This document shows positions 23,890-37,160 of a stretch of 64,000 bases of DNA, piece after piece (positions within the stretch are counted from its first letter, which is position 1; each line of letters begins with the position of its first letter). The stretch covers positions 64,852,001 to 64,916,000 of the forward strand of contig NC_042999.1 in the NCBI RefSeq assembly GCF_006345805.1. The letters are read 5' to 3'. The stretch is from Octopus sinensis (lineage: Eukaryota). The notes below the pieces were generated by a model. That model was given only the letters and a program-made list of their open reading frames with translations, ran no database searches and was not told where the DNA came from. The position numbers were made by a program, and so were the translations under genes.

Positions 23890-24083
23890 ATCTGTGTTTG
23901 TACTCCCCAATATCGCCTGACAGCCAATGCTGGTATGTTTCTGTTCCCGTAACCTAGCGGTTCTGCAAAAGAGTCAGAAAAAATAGTACTAGGCTTACAA
24001 AGAATAAGTCTCGGGGTCGATTGGCTCGACAAAAGGCGGTGCCTCAGTATGGCCGCAGTCAAATGACTGAAACAAGTAAAAGA
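23890..24083 (+). mobile_element. SINE family A, 3' half
   Basis: ..GTAACCTAGCGGTTCTGCAAAAGAG..AAGGCGGTG..GGCCGCAGTCAAATGACTGAAACAAGTAAAAG. Confidence 0.85.
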
Positions 24084-24118
24084 ATATATATAATATATAT
24101 ATATATATATATAATATA

Positions 24119-24150
<32 letters not shown>

Positions 24151-24653
24151 GTATATATCAGACACCGGACGTTAAAATTCCTTCCTTATTATATACTATG
24201 CCCTACCCATACCGAGATAATCATGTACCTCTTACCACCAGATCCAAGTATACACTCAGATATTGGAAGTCACACACACTCACACACAAACACACATACA
24301 CATTCACAATTACTTAATACCAAGTGAGAATATGCTTGATTAAATGTAGCATCTATTTCTATGGTTTCTTCATAATTTAAAACAGAAAATATGTTTTGTT
24401 TTTTTTATTCACCGGGCTCTAATTGATAATGAGTAATTAACCTCAGAATTTTCCTTATAATTGATAATGTTTAAATGCCAATCTCATATTTTTACTAACA
24501 ATTAGGAGGGATACTTCTTGAAGGATTTTATAGTTTTTTTAATTGTTAATATAATTAAGAAAATATTGTTGTATTAAGCAAATATTTGCATTATGTTTAT
24601 ACATTAACAATATTGATTTGATTTTGGGTAAATGCGATAAATAAATAAACCAA

Positions 24654-24700
<47 letters not shown>

Positions 24701-24837
24701 GCCAACAAATAAATAAATTAATTAATCATGCCAATTTTCCAATTGAATCGTTGCGAGTTGAGTTTTCATCATTGTTGATTCTGTCAACTGCCGAGAAAGG
24801 CTTTGTCAATTCGCTAAGATCGCTAAAAACAATAAAT

Positions 24838-24965
24838 GCGCCCTTTTAAAGCCTAGCCAGGCTCGTGGGCCTAGTTTCCCGGTTTCAGTGGCGTGTGTGT
24901 TTCCCAGCTGGACGGGACGCCAGTCCATCGCAGCGTTACTCATTTTTGCCAGCTGAGTGGACGGG
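24838..24965 (-). mobile_element. SINE 3' fragment: family D-type central end joined to the tail also seen at 46060-46155
   Basis: Reverse complement CCACTCAGCTGGCAAAAATGAGTAACGCTGCGATGGACTGGCGTCCCGTCCAGCTGGG..GAAACCGGGAAAC. Confidence 0.75.
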
Positions 24966-25043
24966 AAGACACTTAAATATTTAGAACACATAACAAAAAA
25001 TGAAAATAAAAACAGTATTTCTCTTGCCTTCTGTCCTCTGCAG

Positions 25044-25124
25044 TTGTGCTGGTAAGCCGTGTGGCAAGCCAGATGTCAAATATTCGGAAGTTTCAGAGAA
25101 TGACTGTAAACCACCAAACACGTT
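25044..25124 (+). CDS. Candidate 81-nt exon, possibly Cys-rich
   Basis: Acceptor TTTCTCTTGCCTTCTGTCCTCTGCAG and donor GTAAGT; length divisible by 3; GC above background. Frames CAGKPCGKPDVKYSEVSENDCKPPNT or VLVSRVASQMSNIRKFQRMTVNHQTR. Confidence 0.4.
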
Positions 25125-25393
25125 GTAAGTTTAACGGGTGATGGTATTATCCATTTTACTGTAAGGATCGGAGGTGTGAAATTTATACTACAAAGAAGCA
25201 GAAAAATATCTCGCTTTCATTATGAAAATAAATGAGAAGCTTCATGATCATGAACTGGGAAAATAAAATCATCCTCGACATATCTAAGCTCCCTAACATG
25301 TATGAAAATTTCCGCTTTCCTGGGTATGGTCGAAAGATTGAGAAGATAGATACTCTATACACAGACAAAAGCACAAAAAGCACAAAAAAGATA

Positions 25394-25803
25394 GGCGTAG
25401 GAGCGGCTGTGCGGTAAGTAGCTTGCTTACCAACCACATGGTTCCGAGTTCAGCCCCACTGCGTGGCACCTTGGGCAAGTGTCTTCTACTATAGCCTCAG
25501 GCCGACCAAAGCCTTGGGAGTGGATTTAGTAGATGGAAACTGAAAGAAGCCCGTCGTATATATGTATATGTATATATATATGTATGTATGTGTGTGTATA
25601 TGTTTGTGCGTCCGTGTTTGTCCCCCTGACATCGCTTGACAACCGATGCTGGTGTGTTTACGTCCCCATAACCTAGCGGTTTGGCAAAAGAGACCGATAG
25701 AATAAGTACTAGGCTTAGAAAGAATAAGTCCTTGGGGTCGATTTGCTCGACTAAAGGCGGTGTTCCAGCATGGCTGCAGTCAAATAACTGAAACAAGTAA
25801 AAG
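25394..25803 (+). mobile_element. SINE family A, full length (~410 bp)
   Basis: tRNA-like head with A and B boxes (GGTTCCGAGTTCAGCCC), central (TA/TG) microsatellite, tail ..TGAAACAAGTAAAAGA. Confidence 0.92.
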
Positions 25804-25957
25804 AAAAAATTTAGTGACTGAAGCATAGGGATTCAACACAACACTGAAAATATTATTTTGAGAATATATGGAGAAATCGTGAGGAAGTATTCTGCATAGA
25901 CGGCTGGTCTGTGTGACAATGGGATAGTTGGGGCAACTAACATAGACAGACACTCAG

Positions 25958-26100
25958 ATCGACCCCACAACGCAACTGGCACTTAATTTATCGATCCCGA
26001 AAGGATGAAAGGCGAAGTCGACCTCAGCGGAATTTGAACTCAGAGCCTGAAGACAGGCGAAATATCGCTAAACATTTCACCCGGCGTACTGACGTTTCTG
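25958..26100 (-). mobile_element. SINE family B fragment
   Basis: ATCGATCCCGAAAGGATGAAAGGCGAAGTCGACCTCAGCGGAATTTGAACTCAG. Confidence 0.85.
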
Positions 26101-26639
26101 TGTAATAAAACTACGCATTGTGCTTGACATGTAGAGTTAAATAATGAGTGGAAAGTGAGATTCCATTGAAATCAGATCATCAAAGTGTTCTAATACAATG
26201 AATGCTGTAAATAACAGATATAGAAATGGCTAGTGTACCTAGGGCGGATGCAATGAACAAATACAGCGTTTCGCAAAAGAATCAGGCAAACCAACAAACA
26301 ACGAGGAAAAATGTAAATCAGAGTTGAAAAACAGCTTTGTGTGATACACAGTAAATATTACATCTTCAGATTACAATATCAACAAGACCGACTTTTATAT
26401 TCGAATATGAATATATGAATACGTAATGAGCATTGAGATATATATGCTCATTGTGTATTCAAATATCACAGATGGGTAGTTAAGGAGGTGTTCGTGCATA
26501 TGTATATGTATATATAGGCCTATATATATTCATGGCTATATACGTACAGGCATATATATATATATGTATATGCTTATATATATGTAGATATGTGTGTGTA
26601 CGTGTGCGTACATCTATATCTATATACCTATATATATAT

Positions 26640-26644
26640 AAATC

Positions 26645-26729
<85 letters not shown>

Positions 26730-26770
26730 GCATCTATGTATCTATGTATCTATGTATCTATCTATCTATG

Positions 26771-26861
<91 letters not shown>

Positions 26862-26940
26862 GCATCTATGCATCTATGTATCTATCTATTATCTATTTAT
26901 CTATCTATCTACCTATCTATCTATCTCTATGTATATCTAT
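26640..26940. repeat. (TATC)n / (GATA)n microsatellite
   Basis: Direct reading. Confidence 0.97.
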
Positions 26941-27378
26941 GCAAACTTTGAATGTGTGCGTGAGCGTGTGTACATGTGCATCTATGTGTTTGTGTGTCTG
27001 GAAGAGAGAGAGAGAGAGAGACAGAGAGTGAGAGGGAGGCAGAAAGAAATAACAGACAGATAAATGGAAAGGTAGATAGATTGCTTGACTGATAGAGAGT
27101 AGGTAGGCCAAGTGTAATGGAGATACAAATGACAGAAATACCGACAGAAACGAGCAGATGAGTAGATGATTATAGACACAAAGATAATAGAATAGAATAA
27201 AAGCAACCTAAAGTGATAAATGTAAACACAGACACTCACAAAACACAGGCGCACATGCACAGGTACACACACAAACTAACACGCACATACATAAACACAG
27301 ACATATAGGGCGTGCACTATACACTTACAATATGGCTATCGGGTTTCGTCTAATTATATCAGCTCATAGGGTATAGGT

Positions 27379-27663
27379 TTGTGGTATGCAAAGTAGGTGG
27401 TGCTGTCCCCTTAGGGGCAGTGGAACGATCCAGGGGGCGTTGAAGAAAAGTGGGAAGATGACGCGGTGTTCGAAAGGGGGCAATGGATGTAAAAAAAAAT
27501 CCCCACATAACGGGTTAATAAGGTTAAGTATTATTTGTAAAATAAAGTTGTTTTGAAATTTGCTGCTGAAAGTGGTCTACATTTCTGGTGGTGGTACTAC
27601 GCCACTAGGAGCGTGGCCTGGGCGTCAAAGGGGCGTCACCCTGAAAAAGCTTTGGAAACACTG
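27379..27663. mobile_element. Probable hAT-type MITE remnant
   Basis: GC-rich body; right end AAAAAGCTTTGGAAACACTG (hAT-like CAGTG terminus); left end degenerate (GTGGTATGCAAAGT). Confidence 0.45.
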
Positions 27664-27770
27664 GTAAAGGCAAACTGTAGAAGGGAGTTGCTCAATACAT
27701 TGACAGTTAATGGAAACGAAAGCGCGTGGCTATGGGACGTATTTCTTCAGTACACGCCGACTCTTGCCTA

Positions 27771-27972
27771 CGAGGGGCAGGGTGGTGAAAAGTTCCTGGC
27801 TTTAGGCAAGAGGCCCAAACATCCAAGTTCTTTTACAGGGCTTAGAAAAACTGAAGAACCGTTGCAATAAGTGCGTGAATCTTAGATGGAAATATGATGA
27901 ATAAAATCATAATTTACTGATCTTCCTGTATTTCTTCTTACCCAAAGCCAGGAACTATACAACAACCGTTCG
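27771..27972 (+). mobile_element. 202-bp internally deleted mariner element
   Basis: TA at 27769-70 and 27973-74. ~30-bp imperfect TIRs (AAAGTTCCTGGCTTTAGG / CCCAAAGCCAGGAACT). Interior encodes the mariner C-terminus GLEKLKNRCNKCVNLRWKYDE*. Confidence 0.8.
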
Positions 27973-28152
27973 TAAAGTATATTACTTGGCGAGCGAGTAT
28001 GTATGTGTGTGTGCCGCAGATATCCATCCATCCAGCCATCCAGCCAGTCAGACACGCACACGCACGCAAATGTATGTATGTATGTATGTATGTATGTATG
28101 TATGTATGTATGTATGTATGTATGTATGTATGTATGCATGTATGTATGTATG

Positions 28153-28186
<34 letters not shown>

Positions 28187-28299
28187 TGTACGTACGTATG
28201 CATGCATGTATGGATGTATCTATCTATATAGGTGTTATTAATAATAAAAAAGAGTATGATAACTTGTACAACCACAAAATTTCTTTCATAGTTTATATG

Positions 28300-28490
28300 A
28301 TAGATCGCTAGCCACTATACGTTCTTTATTTTCTCTTCTTTATTTTCTCTCCTTGTTTCTTTCTGTGTTCCTTTCTGTGGAAGAGCCTAGGTTCGAATCG
28401 TTAAAGACTTTTTCACTTCCCGAGCGTTATACTAATACATTTGTTTGTTGTCTACACCACCTGTCTTCGTCTTTTGATTTTTTTTGGTGA
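28300..28490 (+). repeat. Diverged copy of the 3067-3268 repeat
   Basis: CTTTCTGTGGAAGAGCCTAGGTTCGAATCG..GAGCGTTATACTAATAC..CACCACCTGTCTTCGTC. Confidence 0.8.
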
Positions 28491-29909
28491 ATATATATAT
28501 ACGCACCTCAGTATATAATATAAGTGTATACATGAATATATGCATATATATATGCAGACGCATATGTATACACACATGCAGATATACATATGCATATGTG
28601 TCGGTGTAGAAATATACATCCATACCTATATGAATATATACATATCATTTACTGACATGATTTGTTTTGTCGTTATGTCGACATTATCCACAATCACGCC
28701 ACTAGAGCTTAACTTACAAAGCTAAAAAACCGTATGAATACATACATACATGTATATAAACATATATATATTTATTTACATATATATATATATATATATA
28801 TTTGTATATGTGTATATATATGTATATAAGTATGTATGTATACACAAAATGGACAATCTTCATGGAAAATTATTAAGAATAATTATGAAAAAAAAAGACA
28901 AATCAAAGCAAAACATAAAAGTATAATTCTTAAGCAACAACAACAATAATAAAAGAAAAGAAAAAGGAAAATGATAAAAAGAAAACAATACGAATTACTA
29001 ATATCTAAATAAAGAAATGAAAAATGAATGAATGATGAAATAACAAATCAGTTATTCATACATATACACACGTAAATAATACAAATACATGTGTATTAAC
29101 ATCTACGTACATATGTAATTGAATATGTATGTAAATATATAGCTATATATGTATGTGAGTGTGTGTGTTCATGTGTGTATGTATTCTTATATTAAGACTT
29201 ATCGCGATGGCGTCAGAATATAAATCTCTACATTTTGGTCGTATATTTGGTACTAAATTTGAAAGACGTCTGTTTCGATTGAACCACACACATCCAAGTC
29301 ATGAACCACCTACATCCATTTCATAGTCTGTTTAACTATATATAATATATAATTTATACTACATACACATATATACGTGTACATATGTGTATATTTATCT
29401 ATGTGTGCATGTTTACGTAAGCGTGCACGTTCTTCCATATATATATATATATGTTATCTACTCATTTGTGATACACACATGCACATATGTGTGTCCAAGC
29501 GTGCCTTTCTGTGTGTGTATGTGTGTAAATTACGAGTGATGTTTTGGCCCGACAATCATTGCTTTTGAACATCATCCTTGTCGTCGGTTTCTTTTACTTT
29601 TCTTGTTTCTCAGTCTTATTTGTCATGTCGGTATTTCTGGTCGTTAAAAAATCCAATACTTGCGTGGAACATACAACATACAAATTGTACTTGATAGATG
29701 GCGGTTGATGTGGCGGAGATGGCGTATTTTTCGTCTTTGTCGTTTGTTCTTCTAGTTTCAGCGATGTTCTTTTTCGGCATTTTTGCAGCTGTTTAGATAG
29801 TTCGACGCCGGAGTTAGAGATTTACACTTTGTTCTTCCTAGATATCAAATTCATGATCATCTTCTTCAAAATCTTTCCCTGGTACTGATCTGAAAATTGC
29901 GAAATCTTT

Positions 29910-30845
29910 TCTATCTACATAGAAAACAGATTATAGTATCTGTGTCGACCATACTTTCCATCGCTGATAAAATTTTGGCTAGAATCCTGCTCCAATGTTT
30001 GCATGGCGTCTTTCAGAAGATTCTGAGTCATAATGTGGACTTCGAGGCTTCAGAGGATTAAGCTACGTGATATTCTGTACGAGATAGCTACAGGGAAAGT
30101 TTAGGGAAAACCCAAACCTCTTCCAGTGTTCTACACCATAAAAAAAACCCACCCTCCTAACCGCCATGCGAAGGCTCCTAAAATTGTTAGACTACTCTCA
30201 CTAATTTGAATTACTGGAACAACATCTCTGCAATAGCAGGGTTAGAGAAATAACTCACAAGAAAAACAAATTGCTAAATATCTAATCATTCATGTGATGA
30301 AACAAAATCGTTTACTTGCTCCAGTATATTTTTCCCCTCTACTGCAGTAGATATTAAGCATTAGTTCGATGAAGGATACTTGATTCTGGCGAAACTCCAC
30401 TCACACACATTTATCAATGGTACACAGATAACATGAATTGAGTATGCAGACCAAGTGCCTCATCATCTCAAGCACATTAAGAAATGCGATGTGAAGAAAT
30501 GTGTTTCCTAAGGTTTAACCATCAACATGTAGAAAGCAATAACGGTTACACACTTTGATTCAAGGAAGATCCTTCCAGATTTCAATATCACCACATCAAA
30601 CACATTTTTGCAGAGGACAGATAATTCCTCTACATTTGAGTCTCCGTTCGATGCAATGCATCTCTGGAAAGGATGTGGAACAACCAGAATCATCCTGGTC
30701 ATATTGTTTCTCGAAGACTTTCCCACAGTGTCTTCACAAACAAATCTCATGTTGTCAATCTTCCGACGATGTTGTACAACGGATGTGAGGCAGTAGCCTT
30801 TAACCGTAAAGACATCAAGAAAGTAGAGCGCATCCAACAATCAAT
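29910..30845 (+). pseudogene. Degraded RTE-clade LINE reverse transcriptase
   Basis: SIADKILARILL (29956-), IEYADQ at the YADD position (30443-54), GLTINM*K, and VVNLPTMLYNGCEAVAFNRKDIKKVERIQ (RTE motif LLYGCE.W..I..LE). Internal deletion and stops. Confidence 0.8.
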
Positions 30846-31638
30846 AATAAAGATAAGGACTATGGCACCAATATTGTTGTCACCAAGGAATCTAAAGACA
30901 AAGGTATTGAAACAGCAACACAAAACATCGGCTCAGGTGTTTTTCAGTAGATACAGTGTTTTAGTAGATACGGTTATATACAATTATGTTTATCTCAATA
31001 ATTGCACTCGGCTGTGTTTCTTTGTGTGTAGGAATGAGTACGAATGCATATCAACGTAAGATTATATGTATATATATATATATGTGAACTATGTATTTGT
31101 ACATGCGTGTGTGTGTGGATATGAAAAATTAGAAGTTGAAAATGCACAAAGAATAGTTCAGATATTTTTTATTATATTTAAAGATATAAACGGTTTCACA
31201 GTTTATATCTAGTTTTCAAAAAGTTGAAATAAAATGCCGTTGTTTATGTCGCAGCCGTTTTCTTTCAGACTAGTATTTGACGCATGCTCTATTTTTATAG
31301 GCAGTTCTTGGCTCAGATTAATATGTTTGGAATAGGATTTGATTAATAGGGGATAGTCACATGACGTCCGTGTTAGTATCAAGTAACAATCTTTGGCATC
31401 GTAAGTTGAGAGCGATACGGTTGACTGGGAATGTGTAGTGACAGTACCAAACAATCAATGCTTCCAAATGTTTTCTGTCAAGTGTTTGTAGAGAATGAAC
31501 ACTTGGACCTTTTGTACGTTTCCCGCTACATCGGTGGGACTTATTTTTTAAGCCTAGTAGTTTTATTTTTGTTGGGCGGGGGAGACAAACACAGACACGC
31601 GCACATAGATATATACATATATATGTATATGTCTATTC

Positions 31639-31768
31639 TTCTTTCAGTTTCCCTCTACCGAACCCACATCACAAGGCTTTGGACGGCCCGAGGCTATAGT
31701 AGAAGATACCTCCCTAAGGTGACACGAAGGGATGTGGAACTCGGACCCATGTGATTGGGAAGCAAGCA
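31639..31768 (-). mobile_element. SINE family A, 5' half, diverged
   Basis: TTCAGTTTCC..CACAAGGCTTTGG..CCGAGGCTATAGTAGAAGA..GGGAAGCAAGC. Confidence 0.8.
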
Positions 31769-31795
31769 TATAGATATATGTATATGTATGTATGT

Positions 31796-32078
31796 GGAGG
31801 CACCTGGCCTAGTGGTTTGAGCAGCGGACTCGCGGTCAACGGATCGCGGGTTCGAATCTCAGACTGGGCGATGTGTGTATTTATGAGCGAAACACCTAAG
31901 CTCCACGCAACTCTGGCAGAAGGTAATCTTTCGCCACAACTTTCTTTCACTCCTTCCTCCTGCATCTTGCAGCTAACCTGCGACGGACCGGCGTCCCCTC
32001 CAGGTGGGGAACCTATACGCCAAAGAAACCGGGAAACCGGCCCTATGAACCAAGCATGGCTCGAGAAGAAACAAACAA
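31796..32078 (+). mobile_element. tRNA-type SINE family C, full length
   Basis: GGAGGCACCTGGCCTAGTGGTT (A box), GGGTTCGAATCTC (B box), tail ..GCTCGAGAAGAAACAAACAA. Confidence 0.9.
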
Positions 32079-32221
32079 TAATATGCATGTATATATGAGC
32101 ACAGAAAGAAGGAAACTCGGGAAGGAAAGGTTTCAACAAATGTTCTCTTAGTTTAACTAGATATATATATATGTATATACATACATATATATACATATAT
32201 ACATACACACACACACATATG

Positions 32222-32257
<36 letters not shown>

Positions 32258-32771
32258 ATATATATAATATGCATCCACATACATAAATAAACTCTAGTCA
32301 CGTCTCATATTATTGACCAGAAATAATAAATAGATATCCAAGAAAAAATATAAAACAAAACTAAATGTAAACAAAACTAAATATAAGAGACGAAAATTAT
32401 ATCTACATATTTTCTTAAGAAAAGTTATTACGTTAAGATTATTTCTTTTGGTGTATTATGGTTGTCTGTTACAATATTTCATTTTCACACCGGATAATTA
32501 AACTTGTGTAATATATAGACTGGTCGAAAATAGCAAACATGAAAACATGGAAAATCGAAAAAATGTAATAATAATCGAGATAAGTGTAAATATCTCATGT
32601 ATCCTGCGCCTGTGTTGTTCGAATATGAATAAGATTAGAATGCATAGAGAGAATAATGTTATTTTACTGATAAATAATTCATTCACATGTGAGAGATAAG
32701 TAGCTAATATATATATATACGTATACGTGTGTGTGTATGTATATGTAAATATATATATATAAATATACATG

Positions 32772-32834
<63 letters not shown>

Positions 32835-33403
32835 CATATATGTATAAGCACATATATATATATTTAAATATGTGTATGTATATATGTATATATATGTTTT
32901 GTTATCATGAGTGGGGGTGGCTGACTGAATGACTGCAAGCATAATTACGTAATATGTTAAACTAGCTATTTTGTTTTTCCAATTATACGCCTACCTCTCA
33001 CCATGCAAATAAACATACACACTCATACACACACGCATGCGCATATGTATATATTAGCTATTAGACATTGAATTGTATTACACAAAAGAGGGGAAGTAAT
33101 ATCAAGAACATGGAAATTATAAGGTTTACGCGAAGAAAATATTTATCAATTCGAGTTTCACGCTACTGCGATCAACAGGTGGGGAGATATTCTGCAAGTA
33201 ACGTGTCTGCAACTACGTAGAGTTGCACAACATTTAGTTTTAAATAAGTTACAGAACACACACACACAGAGACACACATACACACACAAAAAAAGAACAC
33301 ACACGCATGCATACGTTCGCAAGTAGAATGAAGAGGATGAAAGCTGGACTGCCGTATTACATTTACCATACATCCAACGATCCTCTATATTGTTTCTTTT
33401 TTT

Positions 33404-33797
33404 TTATTGCCCACAAGGGGTTAAACATAGAGGGGACAAACAAAGACAGACAAAGGGATTAAGTCGATTACATCGACCCCAGTGCGTAACTGGTACTTAA
33501 TTTATCGACCCCGAAAGGATGAAACGCAAATTTGAACTCAGAACGTAGCAGCAGACGAAATACCTATTTCTTTACTACCCACAAGGGGCTAAACACAGAG
33601 GGGACAAACAAGGACAGAGAAACGGATTAAGTCGATTATATCGACCCCAGTGCGTAACTGGTATTTATTTAATCGACCCCGAAAGGATGAAAGGCAAAGT
33701 CGACCTCGGCGGAATTTGAACTCAGAACGTAGCGGCAGACGAATTACCGCTAAGCATTTCATCCGGTGTGCTAACGATTCTGCCAGCTCGCCGCCTT
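33404..33797 (-). mobile_element. SINE family B head-to-tail dimer
   Basis: Same internal junction (GAAATACCTATTTCTTTACTACCCACAAGGG) as the arrays at 11441 and 44173. Confidence 0.92.
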
Positions 33798-34073
33798 CTA
33801 TACAGTTTCTGTCAGTCTAACTTCTTAGGTTTTGGTCGACGCTTAGGTTTTGGTCGACATTAAGCGTTCTGCAGTTTGCATTATGTGCTGAGAGACAGGG
33901 CTCAGTCATTAGTGCGAGGCAAATTTAGTCACCACTGGATACAAGATTGTCTTCCGCACGTTACATTTCTGAAATGATGTTCCTTGATGTTTTAAGCTTC
34001 AAATGAAAGTGCTTTGATCTTATCAAGTTCTATGTCTCTACACGAGAAGAAATTTCCTTTTTATCTATCGCAG

Positions 34074-34109
34074 TGAAGATGAACAGCAAAGAAATATAAG
34101 AAAAAGAAG
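34074..34109 (+). CDS. Candidate 36-nt exon
   Basis: Acceptor TTTCCTTTTTATCTATCGCAG and donor AAG|GTATGT. The only stop-free frame is EDEQQRNIRKR (phase 2-2). Confidence 0.3.
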
Positions 34110-34427
34110 GTATGTGCTTCCCATCAATTTTTATCTCAAATCATGGTGATGCTGAGCCGCTTGATAGCACTGAACACATGATGTCATGATGATAGCCGAT
34201 GTTGGTAAGGAATTTTTGTGAAACGTCAAGTTTCTGACATAATTTTCAAGAGTTATTCACAACCTAGGTTTTTCACATCGTACGACAAAAGATCTAGTGA
34301 CCTTGTGCGAAAGTTCTTGAGTTCATTTACCTGTTTGGCGATTCTATTCAGCCACATACAATAAATATTAAGGCGGAAAGAACTCCTGGTTAAAGTGAAG
34401 GCATTGTAGGAATGTTAACGAGCCATT

Positions 34428-34623
34428 TAAGGCGGCGAGCTGGCATTCCGACTTTACATTCCGACTTCAAATTCCGCCGAGGTCGACTTTGCCTTTCATC
34501 CTTTCGAGGTCGATAAATTAAGTACCAGTTACGCACTGGGGTCGCTGTAATCGGCTTAATCCCTTTGCCTATCCCTGTTTGTCCCCTCTGTGTTTAGCCC
34601 CTTGTGGGCAATAAAGAAATAAG
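34428..34623 (+). mobile_element. SINE family B monomer with internal deletion
   Basis: GGCGGCGAGCTGGCA..TTCAAATTCCGCCGAGGTCGAC..CCCCTTGTGGGCAATAAAG. Confidence 0.9.
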
Positions 34624-35507
34624 AAATGTTAACGTGTCAGTGATACGCCCAAAACGTTCAGGTATGAACAGAGATTATGTCCAACAGTGGACATTTATAT
34701 GGTATCTTCACTCTTTCAATACGAATACAACAAAAAATATACACCAATAGCAATAATGAAATGCGTAATATAACCATCTGTGTATCATATTAGATACATA
34801 CTGTAGATAGGCCAGTTACAGCAGTATTTGTACTGAGATAAATACTGCAGTAATTACAATAATAGAAAAAGTGAATAAAATATTTACAGATGTTGGAAAT
34901 AATTAACCATCGAGTGATTTATTGACTTTTTCCCATATCGGAGACTACGAGTTGTAGTCCGAGCATATGGCTGGCTGCGAGTTCACACACGACACTGAAA
35001 AATTCCCAGAGGCCGAATTGCATCTAATGCTCACGAGTGATGTTGCTGGGACGAATTTTCGCCTCTCTCTCTCTATTTTTTTTGGTTTTTGACACAGCAA
35101 GTTCGTAAAAAATGATGTTATCACAAGACGAACACAGTTATTCTTATTAATTATAGCTATTCTTAGTAATTATTACTTTAACTGCGAAAACCGAATGAAA
35201 GGCGTAGTTTAAAGTATTTATTGGTAACAAAAATTTGTTATAAAACATTTGTTAAAAAAAATACAGAAAATATTTTAATAATTACATTTATCAATAGAGA
35301 TAAAGGCAAGCTAATTAAAAGTTATTGATATAGTCGAGGTTATGAATATTTTGTACACCAAGCAAAGCAGAACTAAAGAACCAAAATACGAAAAGTAGTA
35401 GGGGTGGGGGAAGTGAATATGTTAGGTATATACAAACTGGTAGAGATAAAATAGTAGTACACCCATATCAGCAGGTGTTATTAACCGTAACAATATTATG
35501 CTCATAT

Positions 35508-35618
35508 TTAAGGCAGCGAGCTGGCAGAATCGTTAGCGAGTCAGGCGAAATGCGTAGCGGTGTTTCGTCTGTTGCTGTGTTCAAATTCCACCGAGGTCGA
35601 CTTTGCTTTTCATCATGT
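35508..35618 (+). mobile_element. SINE family B 5' part, abutting the mariner remnant
   Basis: GGCAGCGAGCTGGCAGAATCGTTAGC..GTTCAAATTCCACCGAGGTCGAC. Confidence 0.85.
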
Positions 35619-35629
35619 CGATGTTAACG

Positions 35630-36304
35630 ATTTTCTGGGAAGGCAACAACGCAACGGAAATACAAGAAATATTAATGCAGCATTTGAGGATCGGACAATA
35701 AGCGTAAGTCAGTGTTAACGGAGGCGACAACCCAGGACACGAGCTTCGTCCTGGAACATCTGCGGAGCTCGACGAGGACGTCCTGCAAAACCTGGTGGAA
35801 CAAAATCCCATCGTAACTGTTGAGGAACTAGCAGAGAAGCTTGGATTTGGTCATTCAACCATTCATCGATACCTGCGCTAGAAGAAAAACGATCATGTTT
35901 GGTTTCAAGACGAAAGGTGTTTTTCCATCAGGATAATGCTCGACCACATACAGCGAGGATGGCATTCCAAAAGCTGGGGCAGTTTGAATGGGAAATGATG
36001 CCCCACCCACCATATTCGATGGAGATTTATTTCCCCATCTGATTATCACTTATTCTGCAGTCTTCAAAATCATTTAGACGAAAAAATATGAATTCGCTAG
36101 ACGAGGTCAGAACAGTACTGGAGGAGTAGTTTTCGTCACGGACAAGTGCATCTTGGAAGAGCGGCATTGCAAGTCAACCAGATAGATGGAAGAACATTGT
36201 AGAAAAAGAAGGAGAGTATATTTTAGATTGAAAAAGAACTTTGTTTATCTTAATTTTGAAAAATATAAGTGAAAATAAATCTCATTAGTTATGATATGAC
36301 CAAT
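35630..36304 (+). pseudogene. Internally deleted mariner (DD34D) transposase remnant with right end
   Basis: ELDEDVLQNLVEQNPIVTVEELAEKLGFGHSTIHRYL (HTH), FHQDNARPHTA, HPPYS..PSDYHLF and DRWKNIVEKEGEYILD* (stop 36229-31). TIR-like end before TA at ~36304. Confidence 0.92.
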
Positions 36305-36450
36305 ATATATATATTTGTGTGTGTGTGTGCGTGTATGAGTGTGTTTGCGTGTGTGTGCGTGCGTGTGTGCACGTATGTAGTTCTGTTTGTGTGTACATAT
36401 ATGTATATATATTTACATATAACTGCATAAGTATATATATATATATATAT

Positions 36451-36505
<55 letters not shown>

Positions 36506-36994
36506 ATATACACGCGCACACACGTATGCACGCACACACACACACACACACACACATACATGCACAGAGTCACATACACATATGTATGTACACACGTGAA
36601 TACGCATGTATAGACGGATATATACCCAAATGAACATCCATGATACTGCATCACACCCATATTACTGGCCTTGTACCTAAGCAAAAGAAACTCCATCATT
36701 ATGCGTTTATTATATACCAAATCAGAAACCTTACCGTTGTACTTCAAAACGCCTGTCGTATGAAGTGACGAGTACGTTCTAATTGTTCTTAAACAAGTGG
36801 AACAACATCTTTTGCATATGTATTCGTTGTAGAGGTTTCAGCCATAATAACAAACTGGCTTGTTATCCTATCGACCCGACTGGCCAACCGGTATTTTTTA
36901 ACATGCTATGTGTCACTTAATACATAAGCATAGATCATCGATATTCTGTCTTTTAAATATACAATGTATGATATAATATGATATAGTATCTATC

Positions 36995-36997
36995 CAT

Positions 36998-37069
<72 letters not shown>

Positions 37070-37074
37070 TCTCT

Positions 37075-37149
<75 letters not shown>

Positions 37150-37160
37150 GTATATCTATC
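36995..37160. repeat. (TC)n followed by (TATC)n
   Basis: Direct reading. Confidence 0.97.

Noticed and set aside
27553-27870. 105-aa ORF with ordinary composition
   Set aside because: It spans the end of a hAT-like MITE, spacer DNA and a mini-mariner, so it is a chance read-through.
29696-29800. Two YY1-like AGATGGCG motifs and a 32-codon hydrophobic ORF
   Set aside because: T-rich DNA translates as hydrophobic by default, there is no strong donor, and nothing supports a promoter.
31796-31865. tRNA gene-like A and B boxes (also at 55591, 25394 and others)
   Set aside because: They continue into multi-copy SINE bodies and lack a complete cloverleaf, so they are SINE heads rather than tRNA genes.
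33833-33875. 18-bp tandem duplication CTTAGGTTTTGGTCGAC
   Set aside because: A two-copy slippage event with no further structure.
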